From: an uncultured Bacteroidota bacterium | GTDB taxonomy: Bacteria > Bacteroidota > Rhodothermia > Rhodothermales > UBA10348 | DNA: 64,000 nt | Direction: 5' to 3' | NCBI GenBank assembly: GCA_937877085.1 | Contig: CALEEY010000026.1 | Coordinates: 5,002-69,001 of the forward strand | Shown: piece by piece, positions 55,629 through 64,000 of the stretch | Layout: the number at the start of each line of letters is the position of its first letter | How positions within the stretch are numbered: position 1 is the first letter of the stretch | Made by a program: the position numbers and the translations under genes | Notes under the pieces: generated by a model | What the model was told of the DNA's origin: nothing | Databases searched by the model: none | What the model saw: only the letters and a program-made list of their open reading frames with translations

Positions 55629-57032
55629 GTGAACAGAGTTTTACTACTTCTAGCTGTCTTGGCATGCTCCGGCTTCCTCGAGCCCGCATTCGATAATGGT
55701 CAACCCAGCAGGCCCAATCTCCTGTTTATCATCACCGACGATCAGCGGTTCGACATGCTAGGCGTGGTCAATCCCATGCTCGAAACCCCGAACATGGATC
55801 AAATGGCCGCCAACGGAATCCGGTTTGAATACGCGTTCGTGACGACTCCCATCTGCGCCGCCAGTCGGGCCAGTATCTTGACGGGCCTCGTCGAGCGGAC
55901 CCATCAATACACATTTGGGACGCCGCCCCTAGCGACCACCCTGACGGAGCAAAGCTATCCTGCGTTGTTGAGGACGGCGGGATATCGAACTGGATTCATT
56001 GGAAAATTTGGCGTCAACACGGAGCCCGGCGTGGCGAAGGCCCTTTTTGACGTTTTTGAGCCCCTTTCCCCGGCGCCCTACCTCAAAAAACAGGCCGATG
56101 GCTCCTTTCGCCACCTTACGGACATCACGACCGACCGCGCGATTGAATACCTGAACGCGATGGACAAATCGATGCCCTTCGCCCTTACGCTTAGTTTCAA
56201 CGCTCCTCATGCCGACGATGGCGACGAGCGGCAGTTCATTTGGCCAGCCGCCATGGACAACAAGTATGTCGACGTAACCATACCAGATCCACCCTTATCC
56301 GACCCAGCGTTTTTCGAAGCACTCCCCGAATTCCTCAAAGACGCCTCGTTGAACCGCGAACGGTGGCATTGGCGGTTTGACACCCCCGAAAAGGCGCAAG
56401 GAATGACGAAAGGCTATTTTCGGATGATAAGCGGCGTAGATGCAGGAATCGGACGCGTAATGGAACGATTACAAGAATTGGATCTCGCTGATAACACGAT
56501 CGTGATTCTCATGGGGGATAACGGTTATTTCATCGGGGAACGCGGATACGCCGGCAAATGGCTCCCCTACGAGTTGTCAATTCGGGTTCCACTCATCGTA
56601 TTTGATCCACGGAGCGAACAGCGACTTCGCGGCAAAACGCCCGCCGAACCGGTTCTAAACATCGATATTGCGCCAACCTTGCTCGAAATGGCTGGTGTTG
56701 CAGTACCTCCAGAAATGCAAGGAAGAAGCTTGGTGCCTCTTCTTCGCGGAGAAGTGCCCCCGGATTGGAGGACCGATTTTTTTGTCGAACACCTCTACGA
56801 TCACCCCCAGATTCCAAAGCATGAAGGTGTTCGCGGAGAACGCTACAAATATGCTCGATATTTTGAGCAGACGCCCATCTACGAAGAACTGTACGATCTC
56901 TTCGAGGACCCCATGGAGACCATAAATCTAGCGGGAGATCCGGCCTATCTCGACATCCTCAACCAACTCAGACATCGAACGGACAAACTCGTGGCGGGTT
57001 ACGGCGGCCCGTATAAACCGGCGTCACGTTAA
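55629..57032 (+). CDS. Sulfatase (formylglycine-dependent, S1 family) lipoprotein
   Basis: GTG start and lipobox (AVLACSG). LLFIITDDQR, PICAASRASILTG (C-x-A-x-R variant of the FGly motif) and GDNGY are present. Confidence 0.85.
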   Translation: MNRVLLLLAVLACSGFLEPAFDNGQPSRPNLLFIITDDQRFDMLGVVNPMLETPNMDQMAANGIRFEYAFVTTPICAASRASILTGLVERTHQYTFGTPPLATTLTEQSYPALLRTAGYRTGFIGKFGVNTEPGVAKALFDVFEPLSPAPYLKKQADGSFRHLTDITTDRAIEYLNAMDKSMPFALTLSFNAPHADDGDERQFIWPAAMDNKYVDVTIPDPPLSDPAFFEALPEFLKDASLNRERWHWRFDTPEKAQGMTKGYFRMISGVDAGIGRVMERLQELDLADNTIVILMGDNGYFIGERGYAGKWLPYELSIRVPLIVFDPRSEQRLRGKTPAEPVLNIDIAPTLLEMAGVAVPPEMQGRSLVPLLRGEVPPDWRTDFFVEHLYDHPQIPKHEGVRGERYKYARYFEQTPIYEELYDLFEDPMETINLAGDPAYLDILNQLRHRTDKLVAGYGGPYKPASR

Positions 57033-59911
57033 ATGCTAGCCATAAATTGAAACCGACCTGAGCCGAGTTCGAATTCCACCATTCCCGGCCACCGACTGGG
57101 CAGCACCCGGACGAATGGCAACTCGGTAATCGGCTGTCCCCCCTCCTGCACCAATGATGCCTTCGCAGCCGGTATTTGCACGACCGCTTTCGTGTTTACG
57201 GGGATATTAACGTTCATCTGAATGGTGTCCCCCGTTCGGCGCCAACTGCACGATATGGGGCCGCGCACCGAAGCATAACTGACATCGAGCCATTCCAGGT
57301 CTTGAGACATAAACGGTGCGATACGAAACCTATTGAAGCCAATGGCCTCTCGCACGGGCTCAATTCCGCCCAATGATTTGAAAAACCACTCGCTCACTGC
57401 GCCAAACATAGGGTGATTTTGGGAATAGACATTATCGCTCTGAGCCCATGTCTCCCATAGCGTTGTAGCTCCATTTTCGAGCATATGCCCCCATCCTGGG
57501 TACGTATCCTTATCGACCATACGGTAAGCGACTTCCGAATGGCCCGTGCTCGACAGCATATTCAACAGATACTTCGTTCCAAAAATACCGGTGGCAATGT
57601 GGCCTTCGTGATCCACCAGCACCGCATCGACCATGCGTTTTACCGCGTTTTGAGCCTCGGAATCGGGGACGAGTCCCATATACAACGCAGCGGATTGCGC
57701 TGCTTGAGTTGCAATCCCAACGCGCCCTGTTCCCTGTTCCACGAAGCGCTCCACAAACGCCTGTTTGATTTGCCCCGAAAGTCCTCGGTAGCGTTCGATA
57801 TCGGCCTTTTTCCCGAGAATCACCGCAAATTCAGCCACCATCGCAGCCGCCTGGTAAAACTGCGCCGTGGCGATCAATTCGATGGGTTTGGGGTCCAGGC
57901 TTTCATGATCTCCGATGCATCGGTCTATGATGTAGTTCTCGGATGATGCTTCAAGCAAGTCCACCCAGGTCTTAGCGGCGTCATAATGGTCTTCTACAAG
58001 GCGAAGATCGCCATAATATTGAGCCAATTGGGAGACCAACAGCGGATGAGCCAGCCCCCAGCCAATTGGCCCGGCTCCCTTCGCATAGTTTTCGGCGGAA
58101 ATACCTACGTAAGGCGCCGTTTCGGTAAACCAGCCATCAAGGGAAGCATCTCTAAAATCAGACACGGATTTGGCATAAAACGTAGCCATGTCGTAGTTGT
58201 AGATGGCCATCTCGCTAGAGGCCACGATATCCCCACCATACTGGAATTTCTCGCGGGCGGGGCAGTCGGACTGTACGCTGAACAAATTGCTCAAAAAGGT
58301 CCATCTCACCATGTTGTGGATGCGATTGAATCGTTCATTGGAGCAACTGAATGTGCCGACCGATTCGACGTCGGTGTTGAGCCGGAGGCCTTCAACGGAA
58401 GAAAGGTCTGGCTTTCCTGGAAATCCGGTCACCTCTACGTAGCGAAATCCGTGAAAGGTGAAACGTGGCGTGTATTCTTCCATTTCGCCACCTCGAAGGG
58501 TATACGAGTTGGCCTGCCAGGCTATTTCGGGAGCTCCCGGGCCGCCTTGCGGCGTTCCGTCTTTCTTCAGGCCCTTTATTTGACCAGCTACAGCGGTCAT
58601 CGGATTAAGGGTTCCGTCGGCGTGGAGCAGTTCGCCCATACGCATCCGAACGGTGGTGCCTCTCGGTCCCGTGACCCGAAGCCGTGCCCATCCAGCAAAA
58701 TTCTGCCCAAGATCAAAAATGTACACGCCAGCCTCGACTTCGTGTAGGCTAATGGCAGATGCCCTTCTCGTTACCCGAATCGGTGGGATTGGAGAGGCCT
58801 GGCATCGTTCACCGGCTGCCGAACCGAAAGCGTCAGACGCTGAAGCCGTCGCCCGCCCCCATGCGGAGTCATCAAATCCCGGACGGTCCCAACCGGATTG
58901 TTCGAGTCTGGCATCGTACGATTCGCCGAGATAGACGCTATTTCGCAGCAGCGGTCCGGAGGTCATCCGCCAGGTGTCATCGCTTGCAATGCGCTGCATC
59001 GAGCCATCTTGGTATTCAACGACCATTTCAGACAAAAACTTTGGCCGGCCAACAGGAAGATGCTCGCGGGGGTTGATTCGGCCCCACATGCGCAGCGGCA
59101 GCGGATTATGCCACCCATTTCCCAGCATAACTCCGATAACATTTTCGCCCTCCTTCAAACGCTCGGTCACATCGTGTGTGGCGTAATACACCCGCTTTTC
59201 GGTGCTCGTCCACGCAGGATCGAGGACGTGATCGCTCGCTGCCGCGCCATTGAGTCGTAATTCGTGATATCCAAGCGCCGTGGCATATAGTCGCGCCCGC
59301 CTAACTGGCTTATTTACCCAAAAACTCCGGCGAATAAGCGGTGCCGGGTCATCCTCATAGTAACCTGCATCATCCTCTGGTAGTTCTTTTGCGTCCCCAA
59401 TCCAGTCCCCAATCCAGGCCCCAATCCAGGCCCCGGTCCAATCTGAAGCAGAAAGGAGCCCCATTTCCCACCAAGAAACCTCACTTTGGGTAGATTGTAG
59501 CCCCTCTTGGTCCCAAACTTCTACTCTCCAATAGCAACGGGTGCCACTTTTAAGGGACTGCCCTTGGTATTCCACGTGCAATTGACGGTCGGACACGACG
59601 CACCCGCTATCCCACAAATCGGGAGTATCCGACGAAAGCAACATCCGGGTCGTGGCAACCTGAATCCTGTAGGCCGATTGGACTTGATTGCGGGCATTTC
59701 CAACCGCTTTTAGCTTCCAACTAAGACGGGGCACAGCCGCGTCAATCCCGAGAGGTTCAGATAAAGATTCACATCGAAGGTCGACAGGCGCAATCGATGC
59801 TTCGCCTCGAGAGTCACGGCCCGAAAACGTTTCTGCTACAGACGTCGCTGAAAGGCTTACAACACCTACCCCCGACACCAACGATCCTTTCAGGAAATCT
59901 CTTCTGCGCAT
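57029..59911 (-). CDS. Alpha-L-rhamnosidase (GH78) with a twin-arginine signal
   Basis: MRRRDFLKGS TAT motif. The N-terminal LRCESLSEPLGID...PRLSW, the SDCPAREKFQYGGD motif (the DCPxRE of GH78) and a (alpha/alpha)6-type C-terminal region are present. Confidence 0.8.
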   Translation of the reverse strand: MRRRDFLKGSLVSGVGVVSLSATSVAETFSGRDSRGEASIAPVDLRCESLSEPLGIDAAVPRLSWKLKAVGNARNQVQSAYRIQVATTRMLLSSDTPDLWDSGCVVSDRQLHVEYQGQSLKSGTRCYWRVEVWDQEGLQSTQSEVSWWEMGLLSASDWTGAWIGAWIGDWIGDAKELPEDDAGYYEDDPAPLIRRSFWVNKPVRRARLYATALGYHELRLNGAAASDHVLDPAWTSTEKRVYYATHDVTERLKEGENVIGVMLGNGWHNPLPLRMWGRINPREHLPVGRPKFLSEMVVEYQDGSMQRIASDDTWRMTSGPLLRNSVYLGESYDARLEQSGWDRPGFDDSAWGRATASASDAFGSAAGERCQASPIPPIRVTRRASAISLHEVEAGVYIFDLGQNFAGWARLRVTGPRGTTVRMRMGELLHADGTLNPMTAVAGQIKGLKKDGTPQGGPGAPEIAWQANSYTLRGGEMEEYTPRFTFHGFRYVEVTGFPGKPDLSSVEGLRLNTDVESVGTFSCSNERFNRIHNMVRWTFLSNLFSVQSDCPAREKFQYGGDIVASSEMAIYNYDMATFYAKSVSDFRDASLDGWFTETAPYVGISAENYAKGAGPIGWGLAHPLLVSQLAQYYGDLRLVEDHYDAAKTWVDLLEASSENYIIDRCIGDHESLDPKPIELIATAQFYQAAAMVAEFAVILGKKADIERYRGLSGQIKQAFVERFVEQGTGRVGIATQAAQSAALYMGLVPDSEAQNAVKRMVDAVLVDHEGHIATGIFGTKYLLNMLSSTGHSEVAYRMVDKDTYPGWGHMLENGATTLWETWAQSDNVYSQNHPMFGAVSEWFFKSLGGIEPVREAIGFNRFRIAPFMSQDLEWLDVSYASVRGPISCSWRRTGDTIQMNVNIPVNTKAVVQIPAAKASLVQEGGQPITELPFVRVLPSRWPGMVEFELGSGRFQFMASI
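59395..59442. repeat. 12-bp in-frame tandem repeat (4 copies) inside the GH78 gene
   Basis: CCCCAATCCAGT / CCCCAATCCAGG / CCCCAATCCAGG / CCCCGGTCCAAT encodes WTGAWIGAWIGDWIGD on the minus strand. Confidence 0.85.
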
Positions 59912-59949
59912 ACTGTATTAACTCTTTTTGTTTGAAAGCACACCCCACG

Positions 59950-61203
59950 CTAATCATTGCCCAGTTGGGACCTGACGCGTTCTACGTAGTCACCACCACC
60001 GGCTAACCCATCCGCCAGCTTAGCATGATTCATGGCGCACTCCAGATCGGCCAGAGCCACGCACATGTCGACCATGGAGGCGTGTGCAGATTCGCTTTCT
60101 GGATAATACTCCGACGAAATTTCGAAAACAGCTCGAGCTTTTTCCGTCTGATTACTATCCATTGACATGTGCCCCAGCATGTCTAACAACTCCTCTACCA
60201 TGGGTGAAGCATACCCCATACCGGCTGTTTGCGCTTCGCTCTGGGCCCGAATCAGCGATACGATCTTCGCCGTAGACGTATTCGGGTCGTTGTATAGAGA
60301 GGGCGTTTTCAGCCGCCAAAAATCATACAAAAACACGAGCCCGTCCCGCATCCCAACTAGCGGAATGGAACCGTGGATGTCCTCCTCGTAAAACTTCCAA
60401 CCAAAATGCAGTCCCTGGGGAGGATCTTGCTCCAATTGATTCACAAATTGTAATGTCGAACGAACTCCTAAGCTGAATTCAGTCGTATCCGAGGACACAT
60501 TATCAATGGTAAGCTGATCCGAAAAGCGAACTATTTCGTTTGCCATAGAGACATGCAGTCCCTTACCCGCAAAATTCTGGGTCGCTGCTGTAGTCAAAGC
60601 TCCCTCCATCCAGCGCTGATCGTCCCAATCCAAACTCGGATCTATGGCCACGTAATTGGTAAACAATTCCGGATGATAGACGAGCGTATTGACCGCGAAC
60701 AAGCCTCCATATGAGTGCCCAATGAGTGTTCGATGGATAGTTGTGGGATATTTAGAGTCGATGAACGGAATGAGTTCATCAGCAATAAATGATGTAAACG
60801 CTTCAGAGCCTCCCGACTCGTCCGCCATCATCCCATTCCGGGATTCGATGACCGTCGGCGTCAGGTCTCTTGTTCGGTGAATTCTGTTCGAGATTCCGAC
60901 TACGATCATTTCGGGAAGTCGAAAAAAGTTGTAATACTCTTGAACCATGGCAAGTCCGCCCAAATGCACGCCGCCATCTAGGAGATAAATTACAGGATAT
61001 TGTTGCCCTTTGATCAGATTTCCCTGATTGGGAAGATGAATCCAAAATTGGCGCTGTTCCTTCAGAACGGTGGAATAAACACTGTCAACTTTTCCAACTT
61101 CAAAAAGAAAGCCCTCTTCGCTGCCAGATTGAGCCTTCACCTCCATGGAAACGCTCGTAAAAAGGACTAGGACGGTGACAAAACCTAAGAATCTGATCAT
61201 CAA
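59950..61203 (-). CDS. Secreted alpha/beta hydrolase (putative esterase family) with a helical C-terminal domain
   Basis: Signal peptide (SMEVKAQ), a YPVIYLLDG segment and the LIGHSYGG nucleophile elbow. Confidence 0.7.
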   Translation of the reverse strand: MMIRFLGFVTVLVLFTSVSMEVKAQSGSEEGFLFEVGKVDSVYSTVLKEQRQFWIHLPNQGNLIKGQQYPVIYLLDGGVHLGGLAMVQEYYNFFRLPEMIVVGISNRIHRTRDLTPTVIESRNGMMADESGGSEAFTSFIADELIPFIDSKYPTTIHRTLIGHSYGGLFAVNTLVYHPELFTNYVAIDPSLDWDDQRWMEGALTTAATQNFAGKGLHVSMANEIVRFSDQLTIDNVSSDTTEFSLGVRSTLQFVNQLEQDPPQGLHFGWKFYEEDIHGSIPLVGMRDGLVFLYDFWRLKTPSLYNDPNTSTAKIVSLIRAQSEAQTAGMGYASPMVEELLDMLGHMSMDSNQTEKARAVFEISSEYYPESESAHASMVDMCVALADLECAMNHAKLADGLAGGGDYVERVRSQLGND

Positions 61204-61307
61204 AAAGTTGGTCTAAAATGAGATGTGAAGGATGCGATTGCGGCGTAAGAAATACAACGAGCTTGCGCCCACCATTTTAAAGATAGCCATTCTCCACAAA
61301 CAACTGC

Positions 61308-61820
61308 TCAAACCTTGCGGGTGTCGTATCCCCATTGAAGAAGAGCTTGCCGCTGCCGTTTTCGGCAATCCATCGCCTTTTCTGGGCAGTTTTTCTTGAT
61401 TTGCGCCAGATGGCGTGTCATGGCCTTCCAGCGACGAATTTGACGGGCATCGTCGGGGCCGCGTCTACCCATATAGTAGCGGCAATACCACTGAAACCAG
61501 CCCCGAGGGTCATCCGCAAATATCCATCCTTTTTCTCGCCAAACCGCCAAGGACTGAGATGCCAACACTCCAAAATAGTTATAACTCGGATCACACTTTG
61601 AGGGTGAAAGACGAGCTTTTTCAAACCATTCATCCGGAAATTCGTCGACACAGTCCGTCATGTATTTGCCTCCAAACACCCCAAGCTCCAACATTTCAGG
61701 TGGGCTCAGATCTGGGCAAAAATCGGGCTCAAAGCCGATTCCTACCGGCTCCGTTAAAACGTACTGATAGCCTGACTGCATCTGGTCATGTACGGTGATA
61801 ATTGTTCGATCCACAATCAA
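61308..61820 (-). CDS. Conserved hypothetical protein
   Basis: 170-aa ORF with a distinctive GWFQWYCRYYMGRRGPDDARQIRRW segment. I cannot name the family. Confidence 0.5.
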   Translation of the reverse strand: MIVDRTIITVHDQMQSGYQYVLTEPVGIGFEPDFCPDLSPPEMLELGVFGGKYMTDCVDEFPDEWFEKARLSPSKCDPSYNYFGVLASQSLAVWREKGWIFADDPRGWFQWYCRYYMGRRGPDDARQIRRWKAMTRHLAQIKKNCPEKAMDCRKRQRQALLQWGYDTRKV

Positions 61821-62125
61821 CTTGAATGGGCCAGGAAATGCCTGACGGATGAAAATTGCCGCACATCTTACTTGATCTGCGCGCCCTGAGATGGTCTACC
61901 GTTTAACGCCCTTCCGAACGCAATCGTTTCTGGCCTTCTCTGGTAGAAGGGAGCGTGCCCATTTCAGGATCGAACCTTGAAATAACTCAGGAGCTTCCCG
62001 GCAGAAGACCTCGGATTAACCCTCTGATCAACCATTGGACCTTCTAAGTAGCCATTGTAATTGTAGAATATTTTATGTCTATTGCTAGTCCGCTTTGCCT
62101 GTCAACTCTAAGGAAGGAACCCTCC

Positions 62126-64000
62126 ATGCGCCCCTCGATCCTCCGATTCGCTCTTTTGATAACCGCCCTTCTTTGGGTACCAGCGGACTTTTCCGTCGCC
62201 CAATCCCAAGATCTCTACGGCGACATGCATTGGCGCTCCATTGGGCCGCCTCGCGCGGGGCGCACACGAGCACTGGACGGAGTCCCGAGCCAGCCAAACG
62301 TGTTTTACATCGGGTTTGACAACGGCGGTGTGTTTCGTTCTACCGATTACGGCTCCAACTGGGAGCCCTTGTTCGACGAACAACCTACCAGTTCGATTGG
62401 TGCCATTGCCGTGGCCCCATCCGATCCAAACGTCATCTACTTGGGAAGCGGCGGCGGCATTATTCGCCCTGACCTCTCCACGGGGGACGGGATGTACAAA
62501 TCTATTGATGCCGGCGCCACCTGGACGCATTTGGGACTACGCGACAGCCAAATGATTGCCGACGTGGTTGTTGATCCTAAAAACCCCAATCGACTGTTCG
62601 TTGCCGTTCTCGGACACCCCTATGGCCCCAATGAAGAGCGAGGTGTCTATCGGTCATTAGATGGAGGAAAGACCTTTGAAAAAGTGCTTTATCGAGATGA
62701 GTATACCAGTGCCAATGACCTGTTAATGGACCCCAAGGATCCGAACACCCTCTACGCCACCCTTTGGCCCCAACAGCAGAGCTTCCGGGAGGGCCTCGCC
62801 TTTGGCGGCGCCGACACGGGCATTTTCAAATCGACAGACGGAGGAACGACTTGGAAGCCTCTTTCCGAAGGGCTCCCGAACGTTATCCAGGCCAATTTGG
62901 CCGTTGCGCCGACCAATCCGAAGCTCCTGTACGCCATGGTAGCTGGTACGCCCAAGGGGGAAGAGCCCACGAGCACGACCGGCGTTGTGGGATTGTATAC
63001 ATCCACGGACGCCGGTGAGCACTGGACTCCGGTAAACGTTCCCGAGGGTCCAATGGGGGCCGCCACGGCTCACGTGGACACGCGGCCGCTGGCGCGTATT
63101 GGCGGCGGTGACCTGCCCACCATAACCGTCGATCCAAAGAACGAAAACGTGATTTATAGTGCCACGGTAGTCATGTGGCGGAGTGACGACGGCGGAGTTC
63201 ATTGGACGGCCATTCGAGGGGCCTACGGAGGAGACGATTATCAAAAGATCTGGATCAATCCGAACAACCCCGACCTCATTCTGGCCGTTTCCGATCAAGG
63301 CGCCGTCATTTCGGGAAACCGAGGTAAATCGTGGAGCAACTGGTACAACCAGCCCACAGCCGCCATGTATCACGTGACGGCCGATAACGACTTCCCCTAC
63401 CGTTTGTGTGGGGGACAGCAAGACTCTGGTTCCGCATGCGTCGCTTCCCGTTCGGATGATGGTATGATTACGTTTGCCGATTGGCACCCCGTCAATATTC
63501 AGGAATATGGTATGGCCGCGCCCGACCCAAGGGATCCAGACGTTGTTTATGGCAGCAGCCGCAGCGACGTCACTCGCTACGACAGACGAACAGCACAGAC
63601 TTCAAGCGTAGGCCCCGACATGGGTCCTCGCGGGGGTCCATTCAACCGAAACGTCCGTACGATGCCTCTCCAGTGGTCCCCGTTGGATCCTGATCTGCTT
63701 TTCTATACTTCAAACGCGGTTTGGAAGACCCTGGATCGTGGCACGAGCTGGTCCCGAATTAGCCCCGACTTGTCGCGCGCCACGTGGACAGCGCCAAAGA
63801 GTGCGGGCAAATATGCTGCATCCGTAGAAGTGAGCGCTCAAGGCACCATTACGGCCTTATCCCCTTCGCCCATGGATGTGAATGTCATTTGGGCGGGCAC
63901 AGACGATGGTAATATTCAGGTAACCATGGATGGAGGTGCCAACTGGTCAAACGTAACGCCGCCTACCATTCAGCCATGGACTCGCATTTTCAATATCGAA
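62126..64000 (+). CDS. Secreted BNR/Asp-box repeat (sortilin/VPS10-like) glycosidase-like protein, 3'-truncated by the window edge
   Basis: Not in the ORF track because no stop occurs before nt 64000; I checked 625 open codons by hand. AAGGAAGGA lies upstream of the ATG. There is a signal peptide (MRPSILRFALLITALLWVPADFSVAQS). At least 8 Asp-box motifs are present (STDYGSNW, SIDAGATW, SLDGGKTF, STDGGTTW, STDAGEHW, SDDGGVHW, TLDRGTSW, TMDGGANW). Confidence 0.8.
   Translation, partial: MRPSILRFALLITALLWVPADFSVAQSQDLYGDMHWRSIGPPRAGRTRALDGVPSQPNVFYIGFDNGGVFRSTDYGSNWEPLFDEQPTSSIGAIAVAPSDPNVIYLGSGGGIIRPDLSTGDGMYKSIDAGATWTHLGLRDSQMIADVVVDPKNPNRLFVAVLGHPYGPNEERGVYRSLDGGKTFEKVLYRDEYTSANDLLMDPKDPNTLYATLWPQQQSFREGLAFGGADTGIFKSTDGGTTWKPLSEGLPNVIQANLAVAPTNPKLLYAMVAGTPKGEEPTSTTGVVGLYTSTDAGEHWTPVNVPEGPMGAATAHVDTRPLARIGGGDLPTITVDPKNENVIYSATVVMWRSDDGGVHWTAIRGAYGGDDYQKIWINPNNPDLILAVSDQGAVISGNRGKSWSNWYNQPTAAMYHVTADNDFPYRLCGGQQDSGSACVASRSDDGMITFADWHPVNIQEYGMAAPDPRDPDVVYGSSRSDVTRYDRRTAQTSSVGPDMGPRGGPFNRNVRTMPLQWSPLDPDLLFYTSNAVWKTLDRGTSWSRISPDLSRATWTAPKSAGKYAASVEVSAQGTITALSPSPMDVNVIWAGTDDGNIQVTMDGGANWSNVTPPTIQPWTRIFNIE

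Noticed and set aside
57986-58747. 253-aa plus-strand ORF, with neighbouring ORFs at 57485-57946 and 58898-59260
   Set aside because: They lie entirely inside and antisense to the GH78 gene, which has clear family motifs. The composition is typical of antisense frames.
61967-61976. GGATCGAACC (complement GGTTCGATCC), a tRNA T-arm-like string in the 61821-62125 intergenic region; possible tRNA or att-site remnant
   Set aside because: The flanking sequence cannot be folded into T-stem, acceptor or anticodon arms. No integrase or direct repeat is nearby.
62108-63487. Long minus-strand ORFs (62108-62530, 140 aa; 62723-63487, 254 aa), plus several overlapping ORFs on both strands
   Set aside because: They lie antisense or out of frame to a motif-rich Asp-box gene that is open for 625 codons. 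Their translations are Arg/Gly/Pro/Val-rich with no signal peptide or motif. They are shadow ORFs.

Overview
This is a densely coding bacterial chromosomal segment with about 60 protein genes, moderate GC by eye, and few clear Shine-Dalgarno sites. Many products are lipoproteins or secreted proteins. The gene content points to a marine Bacteroidota, Rhodothermota or Balneolota-like organism, but that placement is inference only.

I found no rRNA, tRNA, CRISPR array, transposase, integrase or phage gene by eye. I also could not identify a convincing novel multi-gene system such as a defence island, and nothing here looks like known defence or mobile-element architecture.

The most noteworthy content is:
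1. A six-gene carotenoid operon on the minus strand: B12-binding MerR-type regulator, crtI, crtB, idi, crtZ and a fused crtYcd-type cyclase. The regulator carries both CarH/LitR hallmarks (W-x9-EH and DxHxxG). The operon sits behind a near-consensus TTGACA-17-TAAAAT promoter that predicts a leaderless mRNA and is overlapped by TGAACG repeats.
2. A group of secreted DUF1080 (3-keto-disaccharide hydrolase-like) proteins. They are combined with sorbosone-dehydrogenase-like beta-propellers, a PA14 domain and a C-terminal azurin-like cupredoxin domain.
3. A thioredoxin (WCGPC) plus ankyrin-repeat lipoprotein.
4. A sulfatase, TAT-exported GH78 rhamnosidase, esterase and Asp-box/sortilin-like cluster. 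The Asp-box gene runs off the 3' edge and is missing from the ORF track.
5. Several short in-frame or promoter-proximal tandem repeats, palindromic candidate operators, and two sub-60-aa ORFs that the track could not list.

All family assignments rest on motifs read directly from the translations. No database search was run.
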